Below, piece after piece: positions 50,001 to 58,002 of a stretch of 64,000 nucleotides of DNA. Below the pieces are notes generated by a model that was not told the origin of the DNA, made no database searches, and saw only the letters and a list, made by a program, of their open reading frames with translations. Numbering within the stretch: position 1 is the stretch's first letter; every line of letters begins with the position of its first letter. Made by a program: the position numbers and the translations under genes. Source of the DNA: an uncultured virus (IMG/VR IMGVR_UViG_3300030330_006853) (taxonomy: Duplodnaviria > Heunggongvirae > Uroviricota > Caudoviricetes); IMG/VR virus record IMGVR_UViG_3300030330_006853; one strand, written 5' to 3'.

Positions 50001-50911
50001 TCGCTAAGTATCTGCAAGAAAGCCGTGGAACCCGTCTTTGTCTTTATGTTTTCCGGATTAAAGCCTAAGTCTTGAACCAAAAATTCATTTATAGACTTAG
50101 ACTCCTGGAGATCTTCTATTTCCCGAATGACTTTGCTTTTTTTAATGGTTTGATCCCTAAGCTTCTGGCACTCTGCTGTGATTGAATCTTGATCAGACAC
50201 TATCGACATTGCAGAATCTAGGTTGTCTCTGGTTTCAAAAAAAGACTTTAGAAAATTTACCTCTCTTAAAATGTCATCAAGATCTTCGTTGAATTTATCT
50301 CTAAGTCTCTGTAAAATTTTTGCTGATTCTGCGTCTGGATCCTGGTCAAGTTCTTTGATGAGCGCTTCAATAGCATCAGCCCTCACATACCTAGAGTTTA
50401 CTTGAAGGTCAATCATCTCTGCTGCAGGTGATCCTGGAACTGAGTTTTCATAGTCTGTCAACATAAGTATTTCGGGCCTATAAGTAGAAATTCCTCTAAC
50501 CCTCTGCGGGTTTGCAATTTCATTTGCAACTCTTTCATCAAATTCGCTTGGATTTATAAGAACTTCGTCTTCGTCTTCCTCGCCGTCTTGCGTAAAAGCA
50601 ATGTTTGTAGATGGAAAAGAATTTGCAGCATATGCTCTTTCGGGGTTTGCAGTTGTTTTTCTCTTGTTGACTGTTTTTTGAATTAAGGCTAGCACATCAT
50701 CCAAGTCCTCGGAAGAAAGCTCGCTAATCTTAAGATCTCTCCTAGAGTTCTGCGCGCCTCGATCTGGAACAGATTTTTGATATATCTTATCAATCTCAGA
50801 GACAAGCTTTCTAAATTCTGTGCTTATTCTATTTGACTCCACAACCGGGCTAGGATCTGTGGTTACAAAAGCTTTTAAATCGTCTGCTTTTGATCTCTTT
50901 CTAGATGTCAT
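47039..50911 (-). CDS. Large hypothetical protein, 1290 aa, probably virion
   Basis: Long uninterrupted ORF within the structural operon; no recognisable motif. Confidence 0.7.
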   Translation of the reverse strand: MTSRKRSKADDLKAFVTTDPSPVVESNRISTEFRKLVSEIDKIYQKSVPDRGAQNSRRDLKISELSSEDLDDVLALIQKTVNKRKTTANPERAYAANSFPSTNIAFTQDGEEDEDEVLINPSEFDERVANEIANPQRVRGISTYRPEILMLTDYENSVPGSPAAEMIDLQVNSRYVRADAIEALIKELDQDPDAESAKILQRLRDKFNEDLDDILREVNFLKSFFETRDNLDSAMSIVSDQDSITAECQKLRDQTIKKSKVIREIEDLQESKSINEFLVQDLGFNPENIKTKTGSTAFLQILSDLHKNIVEIYRYDDALVEQEELRFNLDDDYEIVRKARSRFRADWANKFYKGSGRPFIPVKKEDMSLFRNKRASSYRTPGELATAVSQYSRFITKEYTISSGLDNSNIQTILSEEFNESLTGDVFDGITGIPGETALSRPQYSKPDSVAALARRFERVNNRNIKVFPFESTPLPNNSTTSKTGKQFYVDSITKTKDKNINLNPASQFKDQALDKSEAAYEVMNTLLGHDGTGVFAQELVDEIIKSIAKLFDVLNPTDNVETYDPSMALQLALLTWISNWQPGIYVAAELVQQILLLKALKRFESGTSNSIAFEKMSNLDEPRLLSILKGRPWTRNELPDDVKNGTTPLGNFAYQHIYARTLSDWVGQKYPYADSISNPNQDTTDDAFQVRIRYRDSAATAFFGASITASNSIFSEILGVVEKLDEKVKERGNPYRPDNDAGTRFNNISPSSLIAAVMSIYSMIIQKMPRIIFHPSFGVKNQGDRAQRQFYVHIDKQETLDFKQSLDQYMQGGLDAVDPQSQLSQFLRSLNRILEKDISINLNSLEIMRSIPENIAKRYGSLALLTDPEGPSAESLTQIFGEDNAKQKLSVVDEPQLVLGINSLENYLKFKTDENPVFFPTDLIDSSTRKALKKFATMNRPRGASGQPEISLNGPKSKNVKMITVGLPAGLTSFITKKTRQEIRQGQGNQKDIVDVNVYMKNLNYDKLIFKPATFSFELSRFFKGLNEIPDDNTMNFEQIIQEFGVTRDIQVNRDPQVLDTVGFALPNRDQYSEYSNETMNEVIFNTVQSHFCHLYLKLLTGIDPSESSFLYVVNDEAQSLQSSDLAEFNALVQGHVSNLAPGLTLDQIALQNPEMRDVVRRIKTGEKTQGVLKEVSSEIANASRDQNIKISEDLVNLSKLVSPQSALTSPGVLRKKALTPKLFERVFTVLVDPDSFEIDGDRTSYRDRVNLIRSGILSGDGRRFTSSARYLNRATLNQFFVTVSRREQ

Positions 50912-53397
50912 TGAATTACCAAACTAGGGCTTGTAGCCGCTAAACCATCATCACCGTTAATTAACTTTGGAATGACTTGATATGAAAATTCGCCAGGGTT
51001 TTCTGGATCAACCTCATGAAGATATTGAAAAGAGTTATTATCAGTATTAGCATGAATTAAGTCAACAATCTTTTGCACTCCGAACTGGCTTTCTACTAGA
51101 ACAAAGTAATCTATCTTGTTAGGATCTCCTGATATTTCCCAGTCTATTTTAACAAAATTTCTAGTATATCGCTGTGCTTGAATACTGGTAACCTCTGGAT
51201 TAATTATCGGGAAGTTTACATCAATTTCTAGAAAGTTATCTAAAGACCCTAGTGCTAGTGGGCTCGTTGCAACACTTGCAGGATTGCCCCCTTCAACACC
51301 AATCCCAGTTCTTAGCGTATAGGGATTAAAATATTTTGCAGGAGATACCAGAAACTTTCCGTTGGGCCCGTCTTTAACTTGCGTGTAACCTGGAACTAGC
51401 TGCTGGGGCTTCCTTAGGAGAGTCGAGATTTGATATCTGTATGTGTGCCCTTCTTCAATCGGTGAGACCCCCATTATCTTTCCTTGATTTTTATCATTAA
51501 AAGTCTTTCCTGTGAGAACTCCAAAATACTCCTCAGCTCCTGATTTTTTGTCTATTCTTTTAATTTCGTGCGCAATTAAGCCTTTGAGATCATCTCTATT
51601 GGCATTCAAAACATCGTTAAAAATAGATGATAATCCCTGGCTTTCTAAAAGATCTTGGAGTTCATCGGGCGTCTGCTTTGAAATTTCAGACTCAACATCG
51701 AAAGTCACGTTTCTTTCTTCTTCATCTACAGAAAAATTAGATATAATAATGGTCGCTGATTTTGGATTTCGGGGTCGTCGCTCGACTATAGATGTGTCAT
51801 TTGTAAAGACTCTCTCTCCATTAGAGAAGATCATGAAGCACCCGTATTCGTATATGTGATTGTTTTTTGTAGTAGTATCCGTAAACTCATAAGTTGCGCC
51901 ATTGTTAGCATTCCTTATTTTCATGAATCCTTCTTTGACATTTGAATACACCTTATGATGCTTTGTTAAGTCTCTTCTCACTAGCTGCAGAGCCACCGGA
52001 TCATCTAGAATATGGCTTATTTCTATCCGGACAGAACTTATTTCATTTTCAGCAAAGATGCTTGCATTGTTAAGGCGAGTGTTCCTCTTGTGGATGACCC
52101 TGTCTAAACCCTTCACAACCAGCATGCTAAAAGTAGATGTAAGACTACTTCTTCCTAAATAAGGAATTACTCTATAGATAACAGTCTTAGCGTTGTTAGT
52201 TTTGTCCCTAACTGTTCGAGTTCCTTCCCCAAACTTGAGAGGAAATCTTCCTATTACCTCGTATGGGCGGCTAATATCAAAGTCTGAGTTGCCTATGGAT
52301 CTCTTGAGAAGGGTAAAACCTGTTGCACGCTCGTCTTTTTGCGTTATCTTTACGATGTTTCTTCCAGGTTGCCTTGTCGTGGTGCTTCTAATGTCAGGAG
52401 CAAGAAGGGGCTTAGTGAATGTTATCATGTTTTTAGCATGATTAATTTCTAAAAACTCTGTCTGTATTGTTATCCCTCGATCGTCAACTGCATTCACGGT
52501 TACAAAAAATCTTCCGACTTTTTTTAGAACAGATCTAGGTATTGAAACCTTCTTAGAGATTTTTCTTTTTGGGGTTCTTACAAATCTATAAGACTGGACT
52601 AAGGAAGATGGTGGCAAGCTATTAGTTGAAAATACGTTTCTTGAGAAGGCAAAATTTCCTAAACTTCGAGACCTTAGATTCTCTCCCACCCTAGAGTTCC
52701 TCAAAGACTTTCCGCGTGAACCAGCACCTGATGACTTTGAAGTTTTTTTAGATCTAAATGCCCCTGCTACTCTTCTTCCGAATACCGGAGTTTTTGAAGA
52801 GCGATATGCTTCTGAAGAGTGTGCACCGAATTTTAAGATTGACCTTAAGCTTGATGTTTTTGATGACTTTCTTGTCCTTCTTCCTCTTTTTTGGCCTCCC
52901 ATTACAGGAACTCTTTTTGGGCTATTAGTTAGCTTTCCTGCTCTCTGTAAAGAATAAGTTCGAACGGGAGGAAGTGCAGCAACAATTGACTTCCTGTCAA
53001 GGCGTCTGTTAAGAAGCCTATAAATTGATGGGTTTTCTCTAGCGGAAAAAGAAACTTGAGATTTATGAAAAAATTTCTTGTCGTTTCTTACTTTGATGTC
53101 TAAATCTTCTTTGTTCTGGCTTAGGACAAGATCGAGAAACCTGCTACTCATGTATTGCTCAAAAAAACTATTGATAGAATTTCTTCTAGACAAGACTATT
53201 GGATTAAAATCCTTTTCGGGTTTTTCTGTAGAAAACTTTAAATCCAGCCGACGGACTTTTCTGCTGGAAGCGTTAGCTATGTCAAATTCAAAATTAAATG
53301 AATACAGCACACTTTTTTCAGAAACTCGGAGGAGCTGGTCAAAGTTTTTAGGCGCTGTAAAGATATCAGCATTCTGGATAAGTGTTGTAAACTTCAT
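50908..53397 (-). CDS. Putative virion protein with Fn3/Ig-like repeats and an Arg/Ser-rich region
   Basis: Repeated D...Y-x-Y strands (FTDTTTKNNHIYEY, GHTYRYQI, GEFSYQV). Basic segment KRGRRTRKSSKTSSLR. Confidence 0.55.
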   Translation of the reverse strand: MKFTTLIQNADIFTAPKNFDQLLRVSEKSVLYSFNFEFDIANASSRKVRRLDLKFSTEKPEKDFNPIVLSRRNSINSFFEQYMSSRFLDLVLSQNKEDLDIKVRNDKKFFHKSQVSFSARENPSIYRLLNRRLDRKSIVAALPPVRTYSLQRAGKLTNSPKRVPVMGGQKRGRRTRKSSKTSSLRSILKFGAHSSEAYRSSKTPVFGRRVAGAFRSKKTSKSSGAGSRGKSLRNSRVGENLRSRSLGNFAFSRNVFSTNSLPPSSLVQSYRFVRTPKRKISKKVSIPRSVLKKVGRFFVTVNAVDDRGITIQTEFLEINHAKNMITFTKPLLAPDIRSTTTRQPGRNIVKITQKDERATGFTLLKRSIGNSDFDISRPYEVIGRFPLKFGEGTRTVRDKTNNAKTVIYRVIPYLGRSSLTSTFSMLVVKGLDRVIHKRNTRLNNASIFAENEISSVRIEISHILDDPVALQLVRRDLTKHHKVYSNVKEGFMKIRNANNGATYEFTDTTTKNNHIYEYGCFMIFSNGERVFTNDTSIVERRPRNPKSATIIISNFSVDEEERNVTFDVESEISKQTPDELQDLLESQGLSSIFNDVLNANRDDLKGLIAHEIKRIDKKSGAEEYFGVLTGKTFNDKNQGKIMGVSPIEEGHTYRYQISTLLRKPQQLVPGYTQVKDGPNGKFLVSPAKYFNPYTLRTGIGVEGGNPASVATSPLALGSLDNFLEIDVNFPIINPEVTSIQAQRYTRNFVKIDWEISGDPNKIDYFVLVESQFGVQKIVDLIHANTDNNSFQYLHEVDPENPGEFSYQVIPKLINGDDGLAATSPSLVIQ

Positions 53398-54314
53398 GAC
53401 TCAAACACCAGCGTGAAAAGATTAACGTAAGTTAGTGCGCCGTTATCATCAACAAAATTTTTCCCTAGAAAAAAGACGTGCTTTCTAAATATTTCAGGAT
53501 TATCGTCTACTTCAAAAGTGCCAAAATCAATTATATCTAGTTTGTCAAGCTTTCCTGACCTTGAATCAAAAAATTGTCCAACAAGGTTGTTGGCAACTGA
53601 TGTATTTAAAAACGTCAGTTCTTTGAAGGGTTTTTCTGATAGCTCTCTATCAAGATCTTCGACGCTTAAAATAGGCTCTTGACTTAGATTCTTAAGGTCT
53701 GCTAGCGGAATATCAACGTCAACATTTGCAGTTCTCTTATTAACAGGCGGCAGGTAGAGAAAATTCTTCACGTGTGATGTTCTCTTGTCTTGAAAAACGC
53801 TTTCTACTTGATCTACCGAGATCTTTTTTATCTCGTATGATTTCAAGGGAGAATTTTTAGTAATTGAAAAACTTGCCGTAAGCATCGACACGCTAAATTG
53901 ACCATCATCTAAAAAAGGCTCTTTAGTTCCAAGGCTATAAAGCTGCTCAAAGTGCTTGGGCGTGCTTTCAATGATCTTCATTCTTTGTGACTCAAATTCA
54001 GAACCAGTTAGAACTGTAGACCCTGACAGTATTCTTCCATCTAAAACTTTTATTCCGCTTCCATCGAAAAAAGAAAGAGCTCCATTAGCGTCTTTTTCAA
54101 CGATCACAGAATCTTTAGGTGAAGAAGTAGCTTCAAAATATATTCTTGCGCCTGCATCAGATGACCCAGAAGCTACATCTGCCTCATAGAATGTGTGACC
54201 ATCAGTTAGAGTAACAAATTTAATCTGGAAGTCACCAGATGCAAGCTGCCTACGCCCCTCATCTGTTATAAGGGTATCCATAGTTCTGGTCTTTGAGTCT
54301 AGAATTCCTGCCAT
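53394..54314 (-). CDS. Virion/baseplate protein, N-terminus paralogous to 44448..45176
   Basis: MAGILD...DTLITDEGRRQLASGDFQIKFVTLTD. Confidence 0.6.
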   Translation of the reverse strand: MAGILDSKTRTMDTLITDEGRRQLASGDFQIKFVTLTDGHTFYEADVASGSSDAGARIYFEATSSPKDSVIVEKDANGALSFFDGSGIKVLDGRILSGSTVLTGSEFESQRMKIIESTPKHFEQLYSLGTKEPFLDDGQFSVSMLTASFSITKNSPLKSYEIKKISVDQVESVFQDKRTSHVKNFLYLPPVNKRTANVDVDIPLADLKNLSQEPILSVEDLDRELSEKPFKELTFLNTSVANNLVGQFFDSRSGKLDKLDIIDFGTFEVDDNPEIFRKHVFFLGKNFVDDNGALTYVNLFTLVFES

Positions 54315-54370
54315 TAGATAATACTACTGCTGTGCCTGGTGTGTAGTAAATATCACGCACTTGAAGATAT

Positions 54371-54402
54371 AAAAAAAGAAGGGCACCCCCGAAGGGGTGC
54401 CC
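54371..54402 (-). terminator. Intrinsic terminator after the tail fibre gene, with cUUCGg tetraloop
   Basis: Minus strand GGGCACCCC-TTCG-GGGGTGCCC-TTCTTTTTTT. Confidence 0.88.
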
Positions 54403-54441
54403 CACAAACGGACTTTCGCCGCAGCTAAGAAAACTTAACTA

Positions 54442-57400
54442 TTAGTTTTGATGCAAACCGAGCTTAACTGTCAAGACGTCACCTGAGATTAGTCCTGAAT
54501 TTAGAGTTCCCGAGATGCAGGTGCTTCCGCCCCCGACAATCTTCATAGAGTAGTCGTTGCCGGATCCGGAATGCAAGAGAAGCCCATTGAGGTAGACCTC
54601 TAATGATCCTCTTCTTACGTGCATGTTCCCAGAGCCCGTAATCTGGAAAGTAGTATTTCCAACAATTTGCCCAGCAACTTGACCTTCAAAAAGGGTAAAA
54701 GCTGTTTGTGCTGCAGCGGCGTATGTTGCACCAAGCCTGTTAAACGCATACTTGGGTAAGGTAAGCCTTGTAGTATTTGATACGTCTAAGGTTGTGGCAG
54801 GTGCTGCAGAGATTGCAGTCGTGTTTCCAGTGTTACCGAGCACAAGAGCGCCGGCATTGGTTGTCCCTAGATTTAGGGTAGCCGCTGAATCAAGTGTAAG
54901 GTTTCCAGCTGAAGTGCTGATAGATGATGCTCCGTTTGGTGCAGCAACTATTGTTCCTTGCGACTGCTGTAAAGCCCCGACAATGGTGGCTCCAGCGTTA
55001 ACAGTAAGCAAACCGCTAGTCAGAGCCAGAAGATCAGGATCAGAGGCTGCGCCATCGTTTCCAATTCCAATATTGCCGTTTTTCAGCTGAAGCTGTGTTG
55101 AGTTTGCAGCACCGACTGTGAACGTAGTTCCAGAAACGTGACCGTTGACGGTAAGAACTCCGCTTGTAAGCTCCATCAAGTCTTTATCAGAGTCATTGCC
55201 ATCATGCCCGACACCAATTGCTCCATTTTTAAACTGAAGTTGGGTTGCATTTGCAGCGCCGATTGTGGCAGTAGTTCCAGAAACGTGACCGTTGACGGTA
55301 AGAATTCCGCTTGTAAGTTCCATTAAGTCCTTGTCAGAATCAGTTCCGTCATGCCCGACACCGATGGCGCCGTTTTTGAACTGAAGCTGAGTTGCATTTG
55401 CAGCACCGACTGTGACAGTAGTTCCAGAAACGTGACCTGCGACTGTGAGGACATTTGAAGCTAGCGTCATGAGATCAGAATCACCTGACACCCCAATGGT
55501 GCTGGCGACCTGAAGCGCATCGTCAACAACAACAGTTCCGCCCGCTGAATCAAGTGTTAGGTTGCCTGCAGAAGTATCAATTTCACCCGCAGCAGCAACG
55601 CCGAGTCGAAGCTTGCTTCCTCCCAGGGGTCCAAATTCAGCATCTTGAGCTTTAAGTCCCAGGTAAGATGCTGCTTCGAGTGTCAGCGCTGAACCTGTGG
55701 AAACTGAGCGTGCAAAGACGAAAGATCCTGTAACAGTTCCTTCGTTGGCCCCTGAAGAAGGGATCCCTGAAAAATCAAAGAAGAACGAAGGTGAACCTTG
55801 ATCCGCCTTGTCCATTGCCATCACGATTCCGCGGTCACCTGCTTGACCAAGACTGGTTCCTGAAACACCAAGGGCGATAATAGGATCAGAGACCATTAAG
55901 TTAGAAGATGAAACTGCAGTGGCAGTGCCCAAAACATTGAAGTTTCCGTTGACTGTCACTGCACCGTTGAATGTCGCTGCGCCATCATCTAACTGAATTA
56001 GATCAGGATCAGATGACGTGCCGTCGTGTCCGACACCGATGGCGCCGTTTTTCAGCTGAAGCTGGGTTCCATTTGCAGCACCGACTGTGAACGTAGTTCC
56101 AGAAACGTGACCGTTGACAGTAAGAACTCCGCTTGTAAGCTCCATCAAGTCTTTATCAGATGCTGTGCCGTCGTGTCCGACGCCGATGGCGCCGTTTTTC
56201 AGCTGAAGCTGTGTTGCGTTTGCAGCACCGACTGTGACAGTTGAACTACCTGAAATGTGCCCTGTAACAGTCAAGTCATCATTAACCGTTGTCAATGATG
56301 TTGTGTGACCGATGGAAATCGGAACTCCTGAGGTTGCAGTAGCTAACTTAACACCGTGCGTGGTGTTTGAAGATGCTATTGTGACACCTGTTCCGGATAT
56401 GTTAACAGAGTCAGCGGCGGCTTCACCACCTGTGATATTGACTGATCCCGCTGCTGATTCAATGCTTACATCATTATTAGCGGCACCTAATGCCTTCATA
56501 TTAATAGCAGTTGTGTTACCAGAATCCTCATTACCAATGTTAATAGTTCTCGCACCATCAGTACCGATGTTGATGTTTTGATCGACTGCATCAACACCGA
56601 TACCGATTGTACCAGCTGATGAATCAATTGTAACTGCACCTGTTGCGTCGATGTCTAAAACACCTGCATCAATGTCAACAATAGAACCTGCTGCTGCATC
56701 ACCATCAAGGTGGATAGAAGTATTTGCACTAGCCACACCTGATACAAGCGATATTTTGCCGTCGGCACCAGTATCTGAAGTTGTAAATGATATTAAGTCT
56801 GCCGCTGCTACAACGATATTGTCGGCAGCATCGATGTTAAGAATACCTGCGTCGATATCAACAACAGAAGCCGCTGCTGCATTACCATCAATATGGATAG
56901 CTGTTCCACTTTCATGGTCACCCTTGATGGTAACCTTGGCGTCGGCGGCCTCAGCTTCGACTTTAATGTCACCTGCCGCTGTAGATACAGTTGAGTCTGT
57001 TACGCGCACACCTTCAATTCGAACGTGACCGCTGGATCCACCAGAAATATCAACGTAGCCGGAGGAGTGGGAAGCTTTAATTTGCACACCTGAGCCTGAC
57101 AGGTCACTGCGGACGGATCCCGTGAACGCCATTCTTCCGATATCAAATACCAAAGATCCACTAGCTAGGTTTCTCATCTTCTGGGAACCTGATCTTGCAA
57201 AAAAGATTGATGCGCTTGCTAAGCTAAGTGCATGGTCCACCTGCTCGTCGTTAAGCTTGGAAAGAAGCCTGTTTGTTCCCAGGTTTGTATCACCTGAAAA
57301 TCCTGATCCGTCATACTGCCCGAAAGCGAGCGTTCCTACTGGAATCGAACCGCCTGTTTGAGAGTCAACGTATGCCTTTGAGGCAACTTCTGCGTCTGCT

Positions 57401-57579
57401 GTGGGCGTGGTCTTGATAAGTTGCAATGAACCGGTAACTGTAGCTCTAGTATTACTAAATGTAATTGCTGTGCTAGTTCCTGCACCGATCGACTTATCTG
57501 CTGTAAGGGTAATACCCCTATCAAGAAGAGCAGAGCCCGTAAGATTCAGCTGTTGACCTCTAATTCTTGTTGTAGCCAT
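54442..57579 (-). CDS. Tail fibre-like protein with internal repeats, 1045 aa
   Basis: G/S/T/A-rich; VASKAYVD; five 49-aa repeats; C-terminal LEVYLNGLLL...DY module. SD AAGGAG. Confidence 0.75.
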   Translation of the reverse strand: MATTRIRGQQLNLTGSALLDRGITLTADKSIGAGTSTAITFSNTRATVTGSLQLIKTTPTADAEVASKAYVDSQTGGSIPVGTLAFGQYDGSGFSGDTNLGTNRLLSKLNDEQVDHALSLASASIFFARSGSQKMRNLASGSLVFDIGRMAFTGSVRSDLSGSGVQIKASHSSGYVDISGGSSGHVRIEGVRVTDSTVSTAAGDIKVEAEAADAKVTIKGDHESGTAIHIDGNAAAASVVDIDAGILNIDAADNIVVAAADLISFTTSDTGADGKISLVSGVASANTSIHLDGDAAAGSIVDIDAGVLDIDATGAVTIDSSAGTIGIGVDAVDQNINIGTDGARTINIGNEDSGNTTAINMKALGAANNDVSIESAAGSVNITGGEAAADSVNISGTGVTIASSNTTHGVKLATATSGVPISIGHTTSLTTVNDDLTVTGHISGSSTVTVGAANATQLQLKNGAIGVGHDGTASDKDLMELTSGVLTVNGHVSGTTFTVGAANGTQLQLKNGAIGVGHDGTSSDPDLIQLDDGAATFNGAVTVNGNFNVLGTATAVSSSNLMVSDPIIALGVSGTSLGQAGDRGIVMAMDKADQGSPSFFFDFSGIPSSGANEGTVTGSFVFARSVSTGSALTLEAASYLGLKAQDAEFGPLGGSKLRLGVAAAGEIDTSAGNLTLDSAGGTVVVDDALQVASTIGVSGDSDLMTLASNVLTVAGHVSGTTVTVGAANATQLQFKNGAIGVGHDGTDSDKDLMELTSGILTVNGHVSGTTATIGAANATQLQFKNGAIGVGHDGNDSDKDLMELTSGVLTVNGHVSGTTFTVGAANSTQLQLKNGNIGIGNDGAASDPDLLALTSGLLTVNAGATIVGALQQSQGTIVAAPNGASSISTSAGNLTLDSAATLNLGTTNAGALVLGNTGNTTAISAAPATTLDVSNTTRLTLPKYAFNRLGATYAAAAQTAFTLFEGQVAGQIVGNTTFQITGSGNMHVRRGSLEVYLNGLLLHSGSGNDYSMKIVGGGSTCISGTLNSGLISGDVLTVKLGLHQN
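54995..56270 (-). repeat. Five 147-bp (49-aa) coding repeats in two blocks of 3 and 2
   Basis: Anchor gcagc(a/g)ccga at 55106, 55253, 55400 and at 56075, 56222, spaced 147 bp within each block. Confidence 0.9.
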
Positions 57580-57715
57580 TTTATTTTCTCCTTAAAAACT
57601 ACAAAATTAAAGTCATAAAAATGTGATTTATTTAAATCAAATACAGATATAGATTTCAATATCAGGATTAGGGTTCAGATATTGATGGAAATATTATTTT
57701 AGTTGAAATGTAATT

Positions 57716-57925
57716 TTATATGGATGTTAATTTTTTGAGCGCTCGAAGTTCCTGGTGGAAGGATCGCTCACTCGAGTTTAAATATGCAATTGCGAGAGTT
57801 TTTTCCTGACTTTCTGGATCATCAAAAACAAATACGACCTGGGCACCCTTATTGTAAAAATTCTTTAAAGACAAGCTCTTAAGCTTTAAAAATGCTGCAA
57901 AAGCTAAGTCTGTGGTCTCGATCAA
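57716..57925 (-). CDS. Small protein, DUF5659-like
   Basis: TTG start; ETTDLAFAAFL...VVFVFDD...; ATATTTATA at 57971-57963. Family recalled from memory, not searched. Confidence 0.5.
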   Translation of the reverse strand: MIETTDLAFAAFLKLKSLSLKNFYNKGAQVVFVFDDPESQEKTLAIAYLNSSERSFHQELRALKKLTSI

Positions 57926-58002
57926 TTTTTTTCCTGTTTTTACTAAGAGCTTAAGGTCTCTCTATAAATATCACTACAAAACGATTGTTATAATTGATTG
58001 AC

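Noticed and set aside
54995..56270. CRISPR array or diversity-generating retroelement repeats
   Set aside because: The repeats are in-frame coding units with no unique spacers. No reverse transcriptase or cas genes are present, and I saw no adenine-specific variation.
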